Assembly (NCBI GenBank): GCA_002104945.1
Contig: MCFH01000038.1
Coordinates: 310,001 to 374,000, forward strand
From: Piromyces finnis finn
Taxonomy: Eukaryota; Fungi; Neocallimastigomycota
Length of the DNA stretch: 64,000 nucleotides
Reading direction: 5' to 3'
Shown: positions 28,034 to 40,321 of the stretch, in pieces
How the letters are laid out: the number at the start of each line of letters is the position of its first letter
Numbering within the stretch: position 1 is the stretch's first letter
Made by a program: the position numbers and the translations under genes
The notes under the pieces: model-generated
Told to the model about the DNA's origin: nothing
Seen by the model: the letters and a program-made list of their open reading frames with translations, nothing else
The model's database searches: none

Positions 28034-28612
28034 TGAATTTTTATTCGTATTATTATTATTTATTAGCGAAATTGTATTATTATTTGATGATGATGAAATT
28101 ATCGGCTTATTTCCAGATTGATTTATTTGCATATAATTCATATAAACCATATTATTTTGATTATTTGGTATTATAGGAGGAGAGGTTTGTCCTGTCAGTT
28201 GATGAATACGCTGTTGATACTGTAATATATAATTGTTATTTAATATATTTGAATTTACCATATTCGCTACATCATATATATTATTGTTATTAACATTTGA
28301 AAGAGAGTGAGGTGTTAAATTAACCGGACTAATGTTATTTAAAGAATTGGCAGTATTAGCAATATCTATTAATGATGTTGTTCCATATACATCTTGCATT
28401 ACATTTCCTATTGTTTTTTTTAAAGAATTATTAATTACATGTTGTTGTTGTTGTTGTTGTTGTTGTTGTCGAGGATCATTACTTGAATTCATATTTTGGT
28501 TTATATAAGAATGAAATTGGGAAGCATTATTTAATTGGTTATTATTATTATTAGTAGTAGTAGTAGTATCAATTGAAATGGGTTTTAATTGTTCTTTTGT
28601 ATTATTATCCAT
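22814..28612 (-). CDS. SNF2-family ATPase with C3HC4 RING (Rad5/HLTF/Rad16/Uls1-Rrp class), multi-exon
   Basis: Motifs seen: KTPLYRYQKQALYFM; Walker A GIIADDMG|LGKT; DEAH; GTPMQNKVDDLYGIIKFL; RING CLICGYD...TTCGHLYCVECL...CFECQK; KSIVFSQWTKVFDLL; ISLKAGGLGLTLTNASRVYLFEPHFNPAAE; QAIDRVHRLGQTKPV; C-terminal RRLADLKYLFK*. The N-terminus is N/Q-rich with VIDLT motifs and is followed by a possible HIRAN-like region. Confidence 0.9.
23251..23316. repeat. (ATT)n microsatellite inside an intron of the SNF2-RING gene
   Basis: Directly visible, a few bases from the minus-strand donor near 23327. Confidence 0.9.
26733..26830. repeat. 44-bp tandem duplication in an intron
   Basis: CACATAGTATTTACTAAAAAGATAATAAAT(AT)n starts at 26747 and again at 26791. 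Confidence 0.9.
27946..28032 (-). repeat. Coding (AAT)n tract encoding poly-Asn
   Basis: About 29 Asn codons within exon 1 of the SNF2-RING gene. Confidence 0.9.
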
Positions 28613-29976
28613 TGGAAATATTAATGAAATTATTTTGATTTCAATTTTAAATTATTTACAATATTAAAAATAGTATTAGCTTTAGAAGAAAAAAAGGAAA
28701 TAGATAATGTTTATATATACATTTAAATTGAATTTTTTTTTTAAACATATTGATATTTATAATAATAATAATGATAATAAAAAAAAAAAAAAAAAAAAAA
28801 AAAAGATATAGTTAATAAATATTATTCAATTCTATTTTTAAAAAAGAAATTAATTATTTATATTTTAAAATTGAAAAATACCTAGTATCAAAGAAATATA
28901 TTATTTTTATATAATTTTTTGGTTAATATTATTGACCATTTAACAAAAAAAAAGACAAAAGCGTGGATTAAAGGGTATATAAGATAAAAAAAAGTTATTT
29001 TGTTGGAATGTACAAGAAATTTTAACTTGAAATATTCACTTTCTATTCTTTTCTTTTTTCAATATAAAAAAATAGAATTATTATTTCCTTTTGTTATAAA
29101 CAATTAGTAATTTCAATTATATTACTATTATTTATAGTATAAATAGTATAATTTTTATTCTAATTGTAATTTTCTTTTAATGTGCCTTCTTTTTATATAT
29201 TTTTAAAAAAAGATTTTTTTTTCTTTTTTAATATTTTTTTACACAAATAATAAAAAAAAAATATGGAAAAATTTTTATATGAAAGTTTAAAATTATATTA
29301 AAATATAAATTAAATATAAATCACAAGACCATTTTTAAAATTAATTATTTTATATGATATAAAAAAACTTCAAACTTTATTAATTATTAAAATTTATGTT
29401 TTTTATTAATAAAAAAATGGAAAAATTAATGAATGGTTAAATAAATTTAATATTGAAATAATATTAATAATTAAGAAAAATCAATGAATGGTTAAATAAA
29501 TTTCATGTTAGTTTGACCATGTTAAAGGAAAGAAATAATAACTCTTTTACGGGTTTGTAAATTTTAATATTTTCTTTATGCAAAAAAGTAAAAAAGAAAT
29601 AAAAAAGAAAATATTTTATGTTTATGAACAATTATTTAATCTATTCAGTAATAAAGCAACAAAAAATGACAAAACTATATATGAATGAATAGTTAACTTT
29701 GTATTATTTAAACTTTTTTATTGTATTTTATAAAGGAATAATAGTAGTAATAAATTCAATATAAATTTAAGGATAAAGAGAATAATAGTAGTAATAAAAG
29801 TTTATATCTAAATGTAATATTAGTATTATATTAATATGAAGGAATCTATCAATTTTTAAAAATATGTAATATATGTTGTTGTTGTTTTGGTATTTTAAAT
29901 AATTTTTCAAATGGTAATGTTAATTATGATATATAATTTGTTTAATTCACTATTAAATTAATACAAAATGTATATT

Positions 29977-31434
29977 TTAAATATTTGATTCACACATTTC
30001 TGGATAGATCTTAACAGACCGTAATGAACGATTTTTGTTTTTCTCTTGTTGAGTATTCTAAAATAATAATAATATTATGAATAAAAACAGTTACTATATG
30101 ATAATAAAATGAAGATATGAATAAGAGCAAATATATAATTACTGTAGAATTAAGAAATTGTTCTTGTTGTAATTGTTGTTGTTGTTGTAGTTCTCTTTGT
30201 TTTCTATATTCTTCAACCCTTTTCTTCTTCTTAGCCTGTTCTTCAAGATATTCCCTACGTTGAACCTCTACATCATTCTTTATTTTATTAGTTAGTAAAG
30301 CCTTATTTTGTTTTACATTATCAAGTATCCATTCTAAACCTTTAATATATATATATAATATAGGTGGGGGAAAAAACAGAAATATTAAAATCTTTGATAA
30401 TATTTTTTTTCTTATGATGGAATAATTATTTGACAACTATAATATTAATCAATAATCAAAATATATAATATATATATATATACTTGAATCAATTCGAGGA
30501 TCTCTTTCACCATCTATTAATAAACATGAACATGGATATAAAAGTACTTTATCTATTGATGTTTTACCTTCCATAATTAGATTTTCAATATTTAATTTAT
30601 TATATGTTTCTATATATTCAAAAGATGAGATTTTATCAACTTTATTTGCTAAACTATAGATTTAAAAAAAAAAAAAGTTTGAATAAAATAATAAAAGTAA
30701 AAGAAATGAATATTATAATTATTAAAATAGTAAAATAATAATTATAATATTAGTAGTATTACTAAATTTTTAGTTACATTAAAATTGGTTTACTTTTTAA
30801 ACGATTATCACTTAAAACTTCTTCCAATACTTGTTTAGATTCCGTTATACTTTTTTCATCAGAAACATCAACAAGAAATATGATTCCATAACTCTTTTAT
30901 ATATATATATATTAATTTATCCATAATCATTTTAAATATTAAAATATTTAAATTTTGTTTAACGGATATTATACAAGGATATATAATAAATACATATAGA
31001 TTTAGAAAGAATTAATATTTTTTAATAAAAAATTTTTTTTCAAATGAATTGAATAATTACTTCAGCATAATAATTTTTCCAAATATCTCTTATCGATGCT
31101 GCACCTCCAACATCATAAAATGTTATATGTTGTTTTTTATATGGAATTGTTTCAGTGGTAAAACCCCAGGTTGGCGTTGGTTGATCAACTTTATCTATTT
31201 TTATTAAATATGACCGAAATTATAAGATATTATTATTAAAAGACTAATAATAATAAAAATATTTATTCTTTTTTTTTTTTTTTTACTACAATATTAACCA
31301 TTCAACAATCTGTGTAATAATGTTGTTTTTCCAGAGTCATTAATACCAATAATTAAAAAAATAATATCATTATTAGATTCTTTACTATTGTAACAACAAC
31401 AGCAGCAGCAATTAAAACAGTTAAACCACTTCAT
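29977..31434 (-). CDS. ARL13B: ARF-like ciliary GTPase ARL13, 6 exons
   Basis: Translation: MKWFNCFNCCCCCYNSKES...IIGINDSGKTT (P-loop), PTPTWGFT, FYDVGGAASIRDIWKNYYAE (G where ARFs have the catalytic Q, as in ARL13), LANKVD, then GLEWILDNV followed by a coiled coil (VQRREYLEEQAKKKKRVEEYRKQRE). N-terminal cysteines plus a post-G-domain coiled coil are typical of ARL13. An alternative start (ATG at 31523 followed by an intron) is possible. Confidence 0.85.
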
Positions 31435-33620
31435 TTGTTTATTCAATATGATAAAATATTAATAAATTAGATTTGTGAATAAAAAATAATTAAAAGTAAA
31501 TTGGAAAAAAACAAATAAACCATCTTTAAATACAAAATATGGAATCCTTATTTTTTAAGGTTTTACGCTTTGGCATCAATAAAAAAAATTAAGAAATTTA
31601 GGATTTGACTTTTTATATAATAAACTTTTATTAAACAAACTTTAAGCAATTTTACTTAGAAAATACAAACACAGGTAACAACAACAAACAATAAACAATT
31701 GAAAGAACTACATTCAACTATTTCAAAATAAATAAACAAGTATATCCTTTTTTATAAAGATTTTAATAAACACTAATAATTTCAAATAAATCATTTTTTT
31801 TATTTATATAAATTCAAATTAAAATGGAAAAAAAAAAAAATTTAATTTTTAAATTAATTTTTTTATAATTTAGTTTGTTTGATCATCTAAAGACAAATAA
31901 TCTGCATAATACAGTTTTGTTTGGATATGATCAAGATTTTAAACTGTATTTCATTATTGCATCCCCTTTCAGTTTAAAGTGTACTCTCATTACTTATGAA
32001 TGAGTGCATCACTTTCCTATCATTTTTTAAAAGGCTATGCGTATTTTAAAAAAATAATATTTTAATTAAATAATCTAATTAATATTATTTAACATATTAT
32101 TCTTTTAAAATAATAAATAATTATATTTTTATATTTGTTATGTTGCTGTTATTCCAATGTCACTATGAGTACATTAAAATATATATAAATTAACAACAAG
32201 GAGCATTTTTTCACGTTTTAGTGTTCATTTTCTTATTATCACCTTTTTTCACCTAAATAGTTCAAAAAAACAATAATAAAATCACAAACAAAAAAACCTT
32301 GAAAAAACGTTAATTTATTCACATGAAGTTAGGTAACAATTCAACTGACAAACAAATGATACAAAATACAAGATCTTGTATTATTTTTGAAAATACCAGG
32401 CATAGTGAAATTTATTATTATTATTGTAATTTTTAATTGTTCTTTTTACACTTTCTTTAATTATGAAATTTGTAATAATAAAGAGCCATTAAAATTCCTT
32501 TACACTTTACAAATTTCCTTCTTTTCTCTTTTTCTTTCTTTCTACTTTCTTTTTTTTTTTAATAATTTTTAAAGAAACATTAATGAAAATTAAATTTTTT
32601 CTTTTCATAAATGGCCTATTATGATTGCTTTATCCAATCAAATGTCAGTATTTGTACTAATGTAATTAATGTAATTACAATTTGAAACGTAATGTAATTA
32701 ATGTAATTAATGAAATTTTATTAACAAATACTTACAATATGGATGGATAAGCAAGCAAGGTATTAATGAATTATTATAGTTTTAATGTTTTATATTATAC
32801 TTATCTCTTGATATTATCATACTTTTATATACACTTTATTTAAGAGATAATATTTGATACCTCTTTATCTTTTTAAAAAAAAGTGTTATATTGTTAATTT
32901 GTTGATACTTTTTTAAGAGTTTTGATAATTTTGGCTTTTTTGTATAAAGAATGCATAATTAAATACAATTTGATAAAATATTACTGGAATACTTTAAATA
33001 CTGATAATAAATAATAATTACTACAAAAAAAAAAAAAAAGATTCTTGTGAATTACAAATAAATAAAATATTTTGAAAAGACTTCCATAAAAATAATATTA
33101 ATAATACTATTATTTCAGTATAATTTACTTTTTATTTTATAATCAACTTTAAAATTTTTCTTCTTTACACATAACAATTTATAATTCTTTAAAAAAAAAT
33201 AAATACTTTTATTCAATAATAATGAGTGTAAAATACTTTTTTTTTCTTTAATTTTTAAGAGCTTTTTTATTAATTAATAAAAATAATAAAATTGTTCTTT
33301 TTTTTTTTTTTTTGTTATCTTTCAACCTCGTTTATAACCTCTAACCTATAAAGGTATATAGGTATTAAATTTATAGTCCGAAAAAAAATTATAATTATTT
33401 GTTAGAATATACCTTTGCATGATTATTATATAGTAAAGCTTTTTTTTTTTTTTTTTTTTTACTATGTTCAAGATAAATTTTTATAATATATGCTATGAAA
33501 ATACTAAATATAATAAATATTAAGAAAATATCTTTAATAACTCGCATTACACAACAATGCATTGAATAATATTAAAATATATACTGATCTTTTTTATTTT
33601 ACTTTATTTTATTACCGCCG

Positions 33621-33853
33621 ATTACTATTACTATTACTATTACTATTACTATTACTATTACTATTACTATTACTATTACTATTACTATTACTATTACTAT
33701 TACTATTACTATTACTATTACTATTACTATTACTATTACTATTACTATTACTATTACTATTACTATTACTATTACTATTACTATTACTATTACTATTACT
33801 ATTACTATTACTATTACTATTACTATTACTATTACTATTACTATTACTATTAC
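33621..33853. repeat. (ATTACT)n hexanucleotide array, ~39 perfect units
   Basis: Directly visible, flanked by degenerate ATTACCG variants on both sides. It produces the spurious poly-Leu ORF 33562-33948. Confidence 0.97.
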
Positions 33854-35781
33854 CTATTACCGATTACTTTGATTATTCTAAATACATTATTTTGTTAATG
33901 TATTCGAAATGTAATAAAATGTACAAAGAAAATGTTAACTTTATTTAATTATATTTTTTAATCGTTCATCTAATTTTACTTAAATTATATTAATATATTA
34001 ATATATTTCCAATATATTTTAATATATTATTATAAATTAAATTAATATATTTTATAATTTATTGTGTAACACAAAAACAACATTATCTTTATTCAATATA
34101 TTAAAATACATTAATATTAATATATAAAAATTAATATTTCAATATATTGTGATTGATTTAATATAAAATTGCCTTTTTTGGTGAAACTATAAATATAAAT
34201 TGACAATATATTAGAATATAATTTATTATATTATTCTTTGATTGTCATAGGAGTAGCATCGAAAATGAAAATGTTTGATTTTATTAATAAAAGAGTAAAA
34301 ATAATAACCATTAAAGTTTGCCTATAATCTTGGTGAAAAAATAAAATCTTTCTTGGTAAAAAGCGCAATACAAAAATTAGGAATATTGGTATGATTAGCT
34401 TGTTTTTGTTTTATTTGAATTAGGAAGAGAAGATGGTGGTTTTATAATGATTTTAATGTTATGGTCTATTTTTTATAATAATTGTAATAGTATTACTACA
34501 TAATAAGTTTTTAAACCCAATGATTTTAAAATGGAACTTCTATTTTTATATTTGCTAGTACAAGCTAATTAATTGCTATCAATCTGATTCCCCACTATAA
34601 TTAGTAAATAAAAAGTTGGTAGAATAAAAATAAGCTTTACCTATAGAATTGAACTAGAATTATTAAAAAAAAGTAATTATAAACATTCAATAAATTGTAA
34701 TTATATTCTCTTATATTATAATGCAAGTAATTACAATAAATATTTAATATTCCATATTAAAAATTAGATTTATTATTTATAACCATAATACATATAATAC
34801 ATGAATAGTATTATTCAAAAATTCTATTCTTAAAAGTCTATTATTCTTTATTATTATTCTTTCTTATCAATAACTCTATTTCTATTCTTTCCTTCTTACT
34901 ATTATTTAATAATAAAAGTTCACAATTGGAATCCAAAAAAAATTATATTAAAAATTTGTTTTAAAATTTATCATTTTTTAATTTTTTAAATTTTTTTTTT
35001 TTTTATTTTATTTTTTTTTTAAAAAACAAAACAAATTAAAAAAATAAAAAAGAAATCTTTATATTCAATTAAATATAATATTGCATATAATTTCTTTTTT
35101 CTTTTTTTTTTTTTAATATATATATAGTTTTAGATTCTATCTTTTTATTTATATTATATATAATTTGTTTTATTTCTTTATTTAATTTATTTGTTAATTT
35201 ATTTTAATTTAATATTTATATCAAATAAAAAAGAATTAAACACTATTTATTATATCTTTGTGTAAGCATATAATCATCGTCAACGTCAAATAATATTCAA
35301 AAAAAAAAAAAAAGTATTGTAAAGTAGAAAAAATAAAGTAAAATTAAAAAGAAAAAAGAAATAAAACAAGTTGTCTTCATAACTAATAAAAAGAATAGAG
35401 AAAAAGGAAAAAGAATATCTTACAACAATAATAATAGCTTTTTCCAAATCTCTGTTTTATAAAAAATATATATACTATTAATATAATCTATAGAATGGAA
35501 AATACTATGTGGTAAATATATACACAAGTAAATATTAATGAAAATAGTAAAAATGGCTATATATTTAATCTATATAAATATAAAAATATATATTTTTTAT
35601 ATAAAAAAACAGATAAAAAAAAAAGTAAATAAACTCTATGATATTAACTGTATTTTATTTTATTTTTTTTATATAGAATATTTTGATTTATAAATAGAAT
35701 TTAACCGAGAAAAATATAAAATTATTTATCTATCATTTATTAAAAATAAACACAAATAAAATATAATATTAATAATTTAAA

Positions 35782-36060
35782 ATGAGTATATCAGATTTTG
35801 AACAATCATTATGGGAATTAGCTTTGTAAGTATATAGTTAAAAAGAAAAGAAAAATAAAATATTAAACAATATTACTATGTATTTATTATTAATAAAAAA
35901 AAGAATAAAATCAACTAACATTTAATAATTATTAATATAAAAATAATAAATATCTAATTTTTCTCAAATTCGCTAAAAATAAATTTGAATAACAATTATA
36001 AATATAACTATAATTAAATATTTCACTATTAATTACTTAAAAAAAAATATATTCCAAATT

Positions 36061-36092
<32 letters not shown>

Positions 36093-38860
36093 CTCACTCA
36101 ATGCTTAAATTATTATTAAATTAATTAAAAAAAAAAAATAAATGTTTAAATTAATATTAAATCAATTAAAAAAAAATAAATAGGCTAATAAACCCAACAC
36201 ACCTAGCAAATATAACAACTTCAAAATTAAATTCATATTATCAGGATACAATTTTAGATATGAGAAAAGTTGTACTCGTTCAAAACTTATTCAATGATAT
36301 ATATAATAATTGGACAGATCACCAAATTCGTTATCAACAGAATAGAAGAAGACAAATAGAAAATGGTGAAATAACAGAGCAGCAATTACTAGATGAAGAA
36401 AGTGAAGAAAATGAAAGTGAAATAGAATATATATCGGATGAAGAGGGAAATGAAATAGACGAAGATAGATACGAAACAGAAAACTCCACTCAACCAGATA
36501 TAGAAATGGATGAGGATAACAAAGAAAATGATTCTAATAATAATAATAATAATAATAATATTATAATTGCTAGTGATAATACTGTTATTCAACTTCCAGT
36601 AAGAAAAGATTCAGTTTCTCACAAACAAAATGGAAAACCACTTAAAAAGGTTGCAGAAAATTCATCCATTACAGATAACAAATCTGTCGAACCTGTTATT
36701 GTAGAACCAGTCGCTACAAAGACCTCAAAGGATATGACTGCTGAAAAAATTAAATCTGAAGTCAAAAATAGTTCAAAGATCACTTCCCCATCAAAGGAAA
36801 TGAAAAAGAAATCATCAAAAACTGAAATTAAAGAACAAAAGATGGTTGAAAATAAAGAAAATGTCAAGAAAATTACACTTGACTTTAGTGGAAAAGATTC
36901 AGCTAAGATCGAAGAATCTAAAAAGGTTTCAGAAACCTCAGAGGATTCAGATGAAAAAGAAGCTCAAAAGAAGGTAAAGAAGGAACACTCTCGTCGTAAG
37001 AAGATTGATAGAGAACCAAGAAAGGATTCATTAATGGCTAATGTTGATTTAACAGATGAAAAGAGTAACGAAGTCATTAAAGAATTACAAAAATCTGGAG
37101 TTATTAACCATGAAAATACTCCAAGTGATGAAAAGATTCAACAAAAGAACTTTAATAAATATGACTCTGCTGTTTCTTTAGATGAAAAGACTGAATCTTC
37201 TTCTGTTAATTCTATTAGCTCTAGTAATACCATTGGAAATAATAATAATTCTATTGTTATTCGTTCATTTAATATACCCTCTCAACAAAAAGTTGAAGTT
37301 AAAAATGTCTTACCAACATCTACAACTTCTACTACCACCACAACTCTTAAAATGGATAAACCACTTCCATCTAAACAAGATCCAGTTCCTACTCGTAAAT
37401 CTTCTGCTGCTCCACCTACTTACAAGAAGAATAAGGTCACATACAGACTTTCTGATAAGGATGTCTCCATTAAAAATAAATACAAGCTTGATAAGAAGAA
37501 GGAAGAAAAGGAAGCTAAGAAACCAATGGCTGAACAACCAAAGGTTCGTCCACGTCCAAAGAAGATTTCTGCTAACGATGCTGGTATGCCACCAGCAATG
37601 CAAAGAAGATCAATGGATGAATTACTCTTCCAATTTGCTGATGTTATGGATATTGTTTCCTTAATTCCACATATTGTTGGTGATGATGACTTACTTGGTA
37701 ATGATTTAACCTTTAACTCTTCCGACTTGAATTCAAAGGTTCAAACCAGAGATAGTAATGGTAATATTGTTGAAGAAACTCCACGTAGACGTCCATCAAG
37801 AGCACCAACTCCACCACCAACTGTCATTAGCAATGGTAAAGAATACGAAATTTACTCTATTCCATCAGAAAGACACCAAAAGTATATTAAGAAGAAGGAA
37901 GAAATGGAAAAATCAAATAAGAGACGTTCATCCCTTAAATTTGAATATCATGAATTTGAAGAATTAAGAAAACAACAAGAATTAGCAGGTTATGATACTA
38001 CAGGCGATGTTCCAGTTACTGAAAGAAAACCAAAAGAAATTTCTCAGCCAGTAAGAAGCTCAAGTAAATCCTCCTCTACCTACAAGAGAAGTAATAGCAA
38101 TAATAACAATGCTGCCAACAATAGCTATTCTACCGCTGGTAGTTGTGGTAGTGCAATGAAAATGGATGTTTTAAGTAACTGTATGACCTCCTCTTCCTCT
38201 TCTACCTCATCCTCTAACAATAACCACAGTTCCTCTAAAAGCTCAGGTAACAAGAGATCCAGTCGTTTCTTTACACTAACCAAATCTAAATCTAAGTCAA
38301 AGGAAAAGGAAAAAGAAAAGGAAAAAATGATCAAGGAAAACAAGGAAAATATTCCATCAAATGTTTCTTCCTCCAATAAAAGTTATCTTGTTAGACGTAA
38401 GAGTAATGATAAATCTAGCAATTCAAGTGTTCGTAGTCATCAAAGATACAAGATGGGTAACAATTCAGAATATTCATCCCCAACACCATTATACGCATCA
38501 CCCACCCTTTCATCCATATCTTCCTCATCTACTGATTCCAAAGCCTCTTCTGCAAAGAAATCTTATTCCTCCGCTACCCTTTCTAAATACGACCTTCCAC
38601 ATATGTCTTCTCTTTCTTCTGAACGACCAAGACGTCATGGAAGTAGTAGTGGTGAAAGAGAAAGATCAAGTTCTAAACAATCAAATTCATCAAGCAATGG
38701 TAGTCCAAGATTCTTAGATGATATTGATTTATCTTCTTCTTCTAACTCCTCTGCATCCAAACACCATCATCCAAAGAAGGCCACTGATCATAAAAGTAGT
38801 TCAACCTCTGAAATTAATAAATTCTTTGATGATCTTTTCAGAATTGATTGGTCACTCTAA
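35782..38860 (+). CDS. Ser/Lys/Glu-rich low-complexity protein (~905 aa) with SERTA-like N-terminal motif, 2 exons
   Basis: Exon 1 35782-35825 (MSISDFEQSLWELAL, GTAAGT donor) splices in frame to a TAG acceptor at 36183 and runs into the 866-aa ORF. The conserved-looking part is LANITTSKLNSYYQDTILDMRKVVLVQNLFNDIY; the rest is predicted disordered. Codon usage looks like a real expressed gene. Confidence 0.8.
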
Positions 38861-39627
38861 ACTTTCTTTGAAAGTATAATTCTAATAAATAAAGTAAAAT
38901 TACCAAAAAAAAAAAAAGAAAAGAAAACCTGTCTATAAAATAATCAAAATTAATAGTAAAAAAAAAAGGGAATAAAAAAAAAAAGAAAAACAATAAACAT
39001 TTTTAAACTGGAAATTAAATATAATATATAAGATAAAAGCGAAAGAAAAAATTACAATAAACACAAGATTATATATATATATATTCATCTTCATAAATAA
39101 TAACAATCAAATATAAAACACTAACAACAAAAAAAAAAAAAAAAAACTAAATATATATCTATTTATATAGTTAAATATTTTATACTTTTATTTTTAAAAA
39201 AAAAAAATCATAATAATATACATTCAACTTTTTCTCAAAATATTCCTAGAATTGTAAAATAATACCAAAAAAAAAAAAAGTATAAACGTTAAACAACAAA
39301 AACCCCATCACGTTTTAAATTTTTCGAAGAAAAATAAAAATAAAGAAAACGATACCATAATCTAATTTAATCATAATCAACTAACAACCACCCTTTTTCA
39401 ACTATGAAATATGTATTTTTTTTTTTTCAAAAAAAAAAAAGAAAAGAAAAAAAGCATAAGCAACAAGCAAAAGAGAAAAAAAATAACATTTTTAATTTAC
39501 AACTATATATTATTTAATTCCTTTTTTTAAAAAAAAAAAAAAAAAGAATAATCACTAAATTTTTAATATTTATTATTTTTATATATATTATTAATATAAC
39601 TTTTTATTATTAATATAAAACTGTATA

Positions 39628-39665
<38 letters not shown>

Positions 39666-40258
39666 GACAACTTAATTGTGATTATAAAATAATAATAATA
39701 AATTTTAAATTAAAATTAAAAAAAGTATGATTTATAAATTTAGTATTATTATTGTTATAAAAGTAATAAGAAAAAAATATATATATACAATATATATGTA
39801 AGTGAGAAGAAAGGAAAAGGAAAAAAAAAAAAAAATGCAGTACAATTTTTCAATATTTAAAATTGTCGATAATGAATAATAGATAGAAAATTAAATAATA
39901 AAATATAGTTGTATTAAAATAAGTATTTTTTTTTTTTTTTTTTACTTTTAGCTTTTTTTTATAATTAACAACATTAACTATTTAGGCAATTCATGATATT
40001 AACAGGAAAAAGGAAAAGAAAAAAAAATGCATAAAATCATAGGCTATAACCAACTCATCACCAAGATTCAAATCATGTATATTATTTCAAAGAATGATAA
40101 ATTTTCAAGCAAAAAAAAAAAAAAAAAAGCATACAAATATTCAATATTTGATTATAACAATAGTTATATATGTTATTTAAATTAATAAATTCAAAAAGTT
40201 TAAATGATCCCCACATAAAAAAATAAAATTAATAAAAATAGATAATAACAACAATAAC

Positions 40259-40259
<1 letters not shown>

Positions 40260-40320
<61 letters not shown>
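40260..40320. repeat. (AAT)n microsatellite
   Basis: Directly visible. Confidence 0.9.

Positions 40321-40321
<1 letters not shown>

Noticed and set aside
29420-29510. 21-bp direct repeat AATGAATGGTTAAATAAATTT upstream of the SNF2 gene
   Set aside because: Two copies of an AT-rich word; most simply a local slippage duplication.
31660-32345. RFX X-box upstream of ARL13 (GGTAAC half-sites near 31675 and 32332)
   Set aside because: Only half-sites; the palindromic partner half is missing.
33562-33948. 128-aa poly-Leu ORF; array considered as an interstitial telomere or CRISPR array
   Set aside because: It is the (ATTACT)n repeat. There are no spacers, it is not a G-rich telomeric unit, and it lies mid-contig.
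34240-34640. Slightly more complex intergenic patch, possible gene fragment
   Set aside because: All frames are closed by frequent stops, with no recognisable motif or splice pattern.
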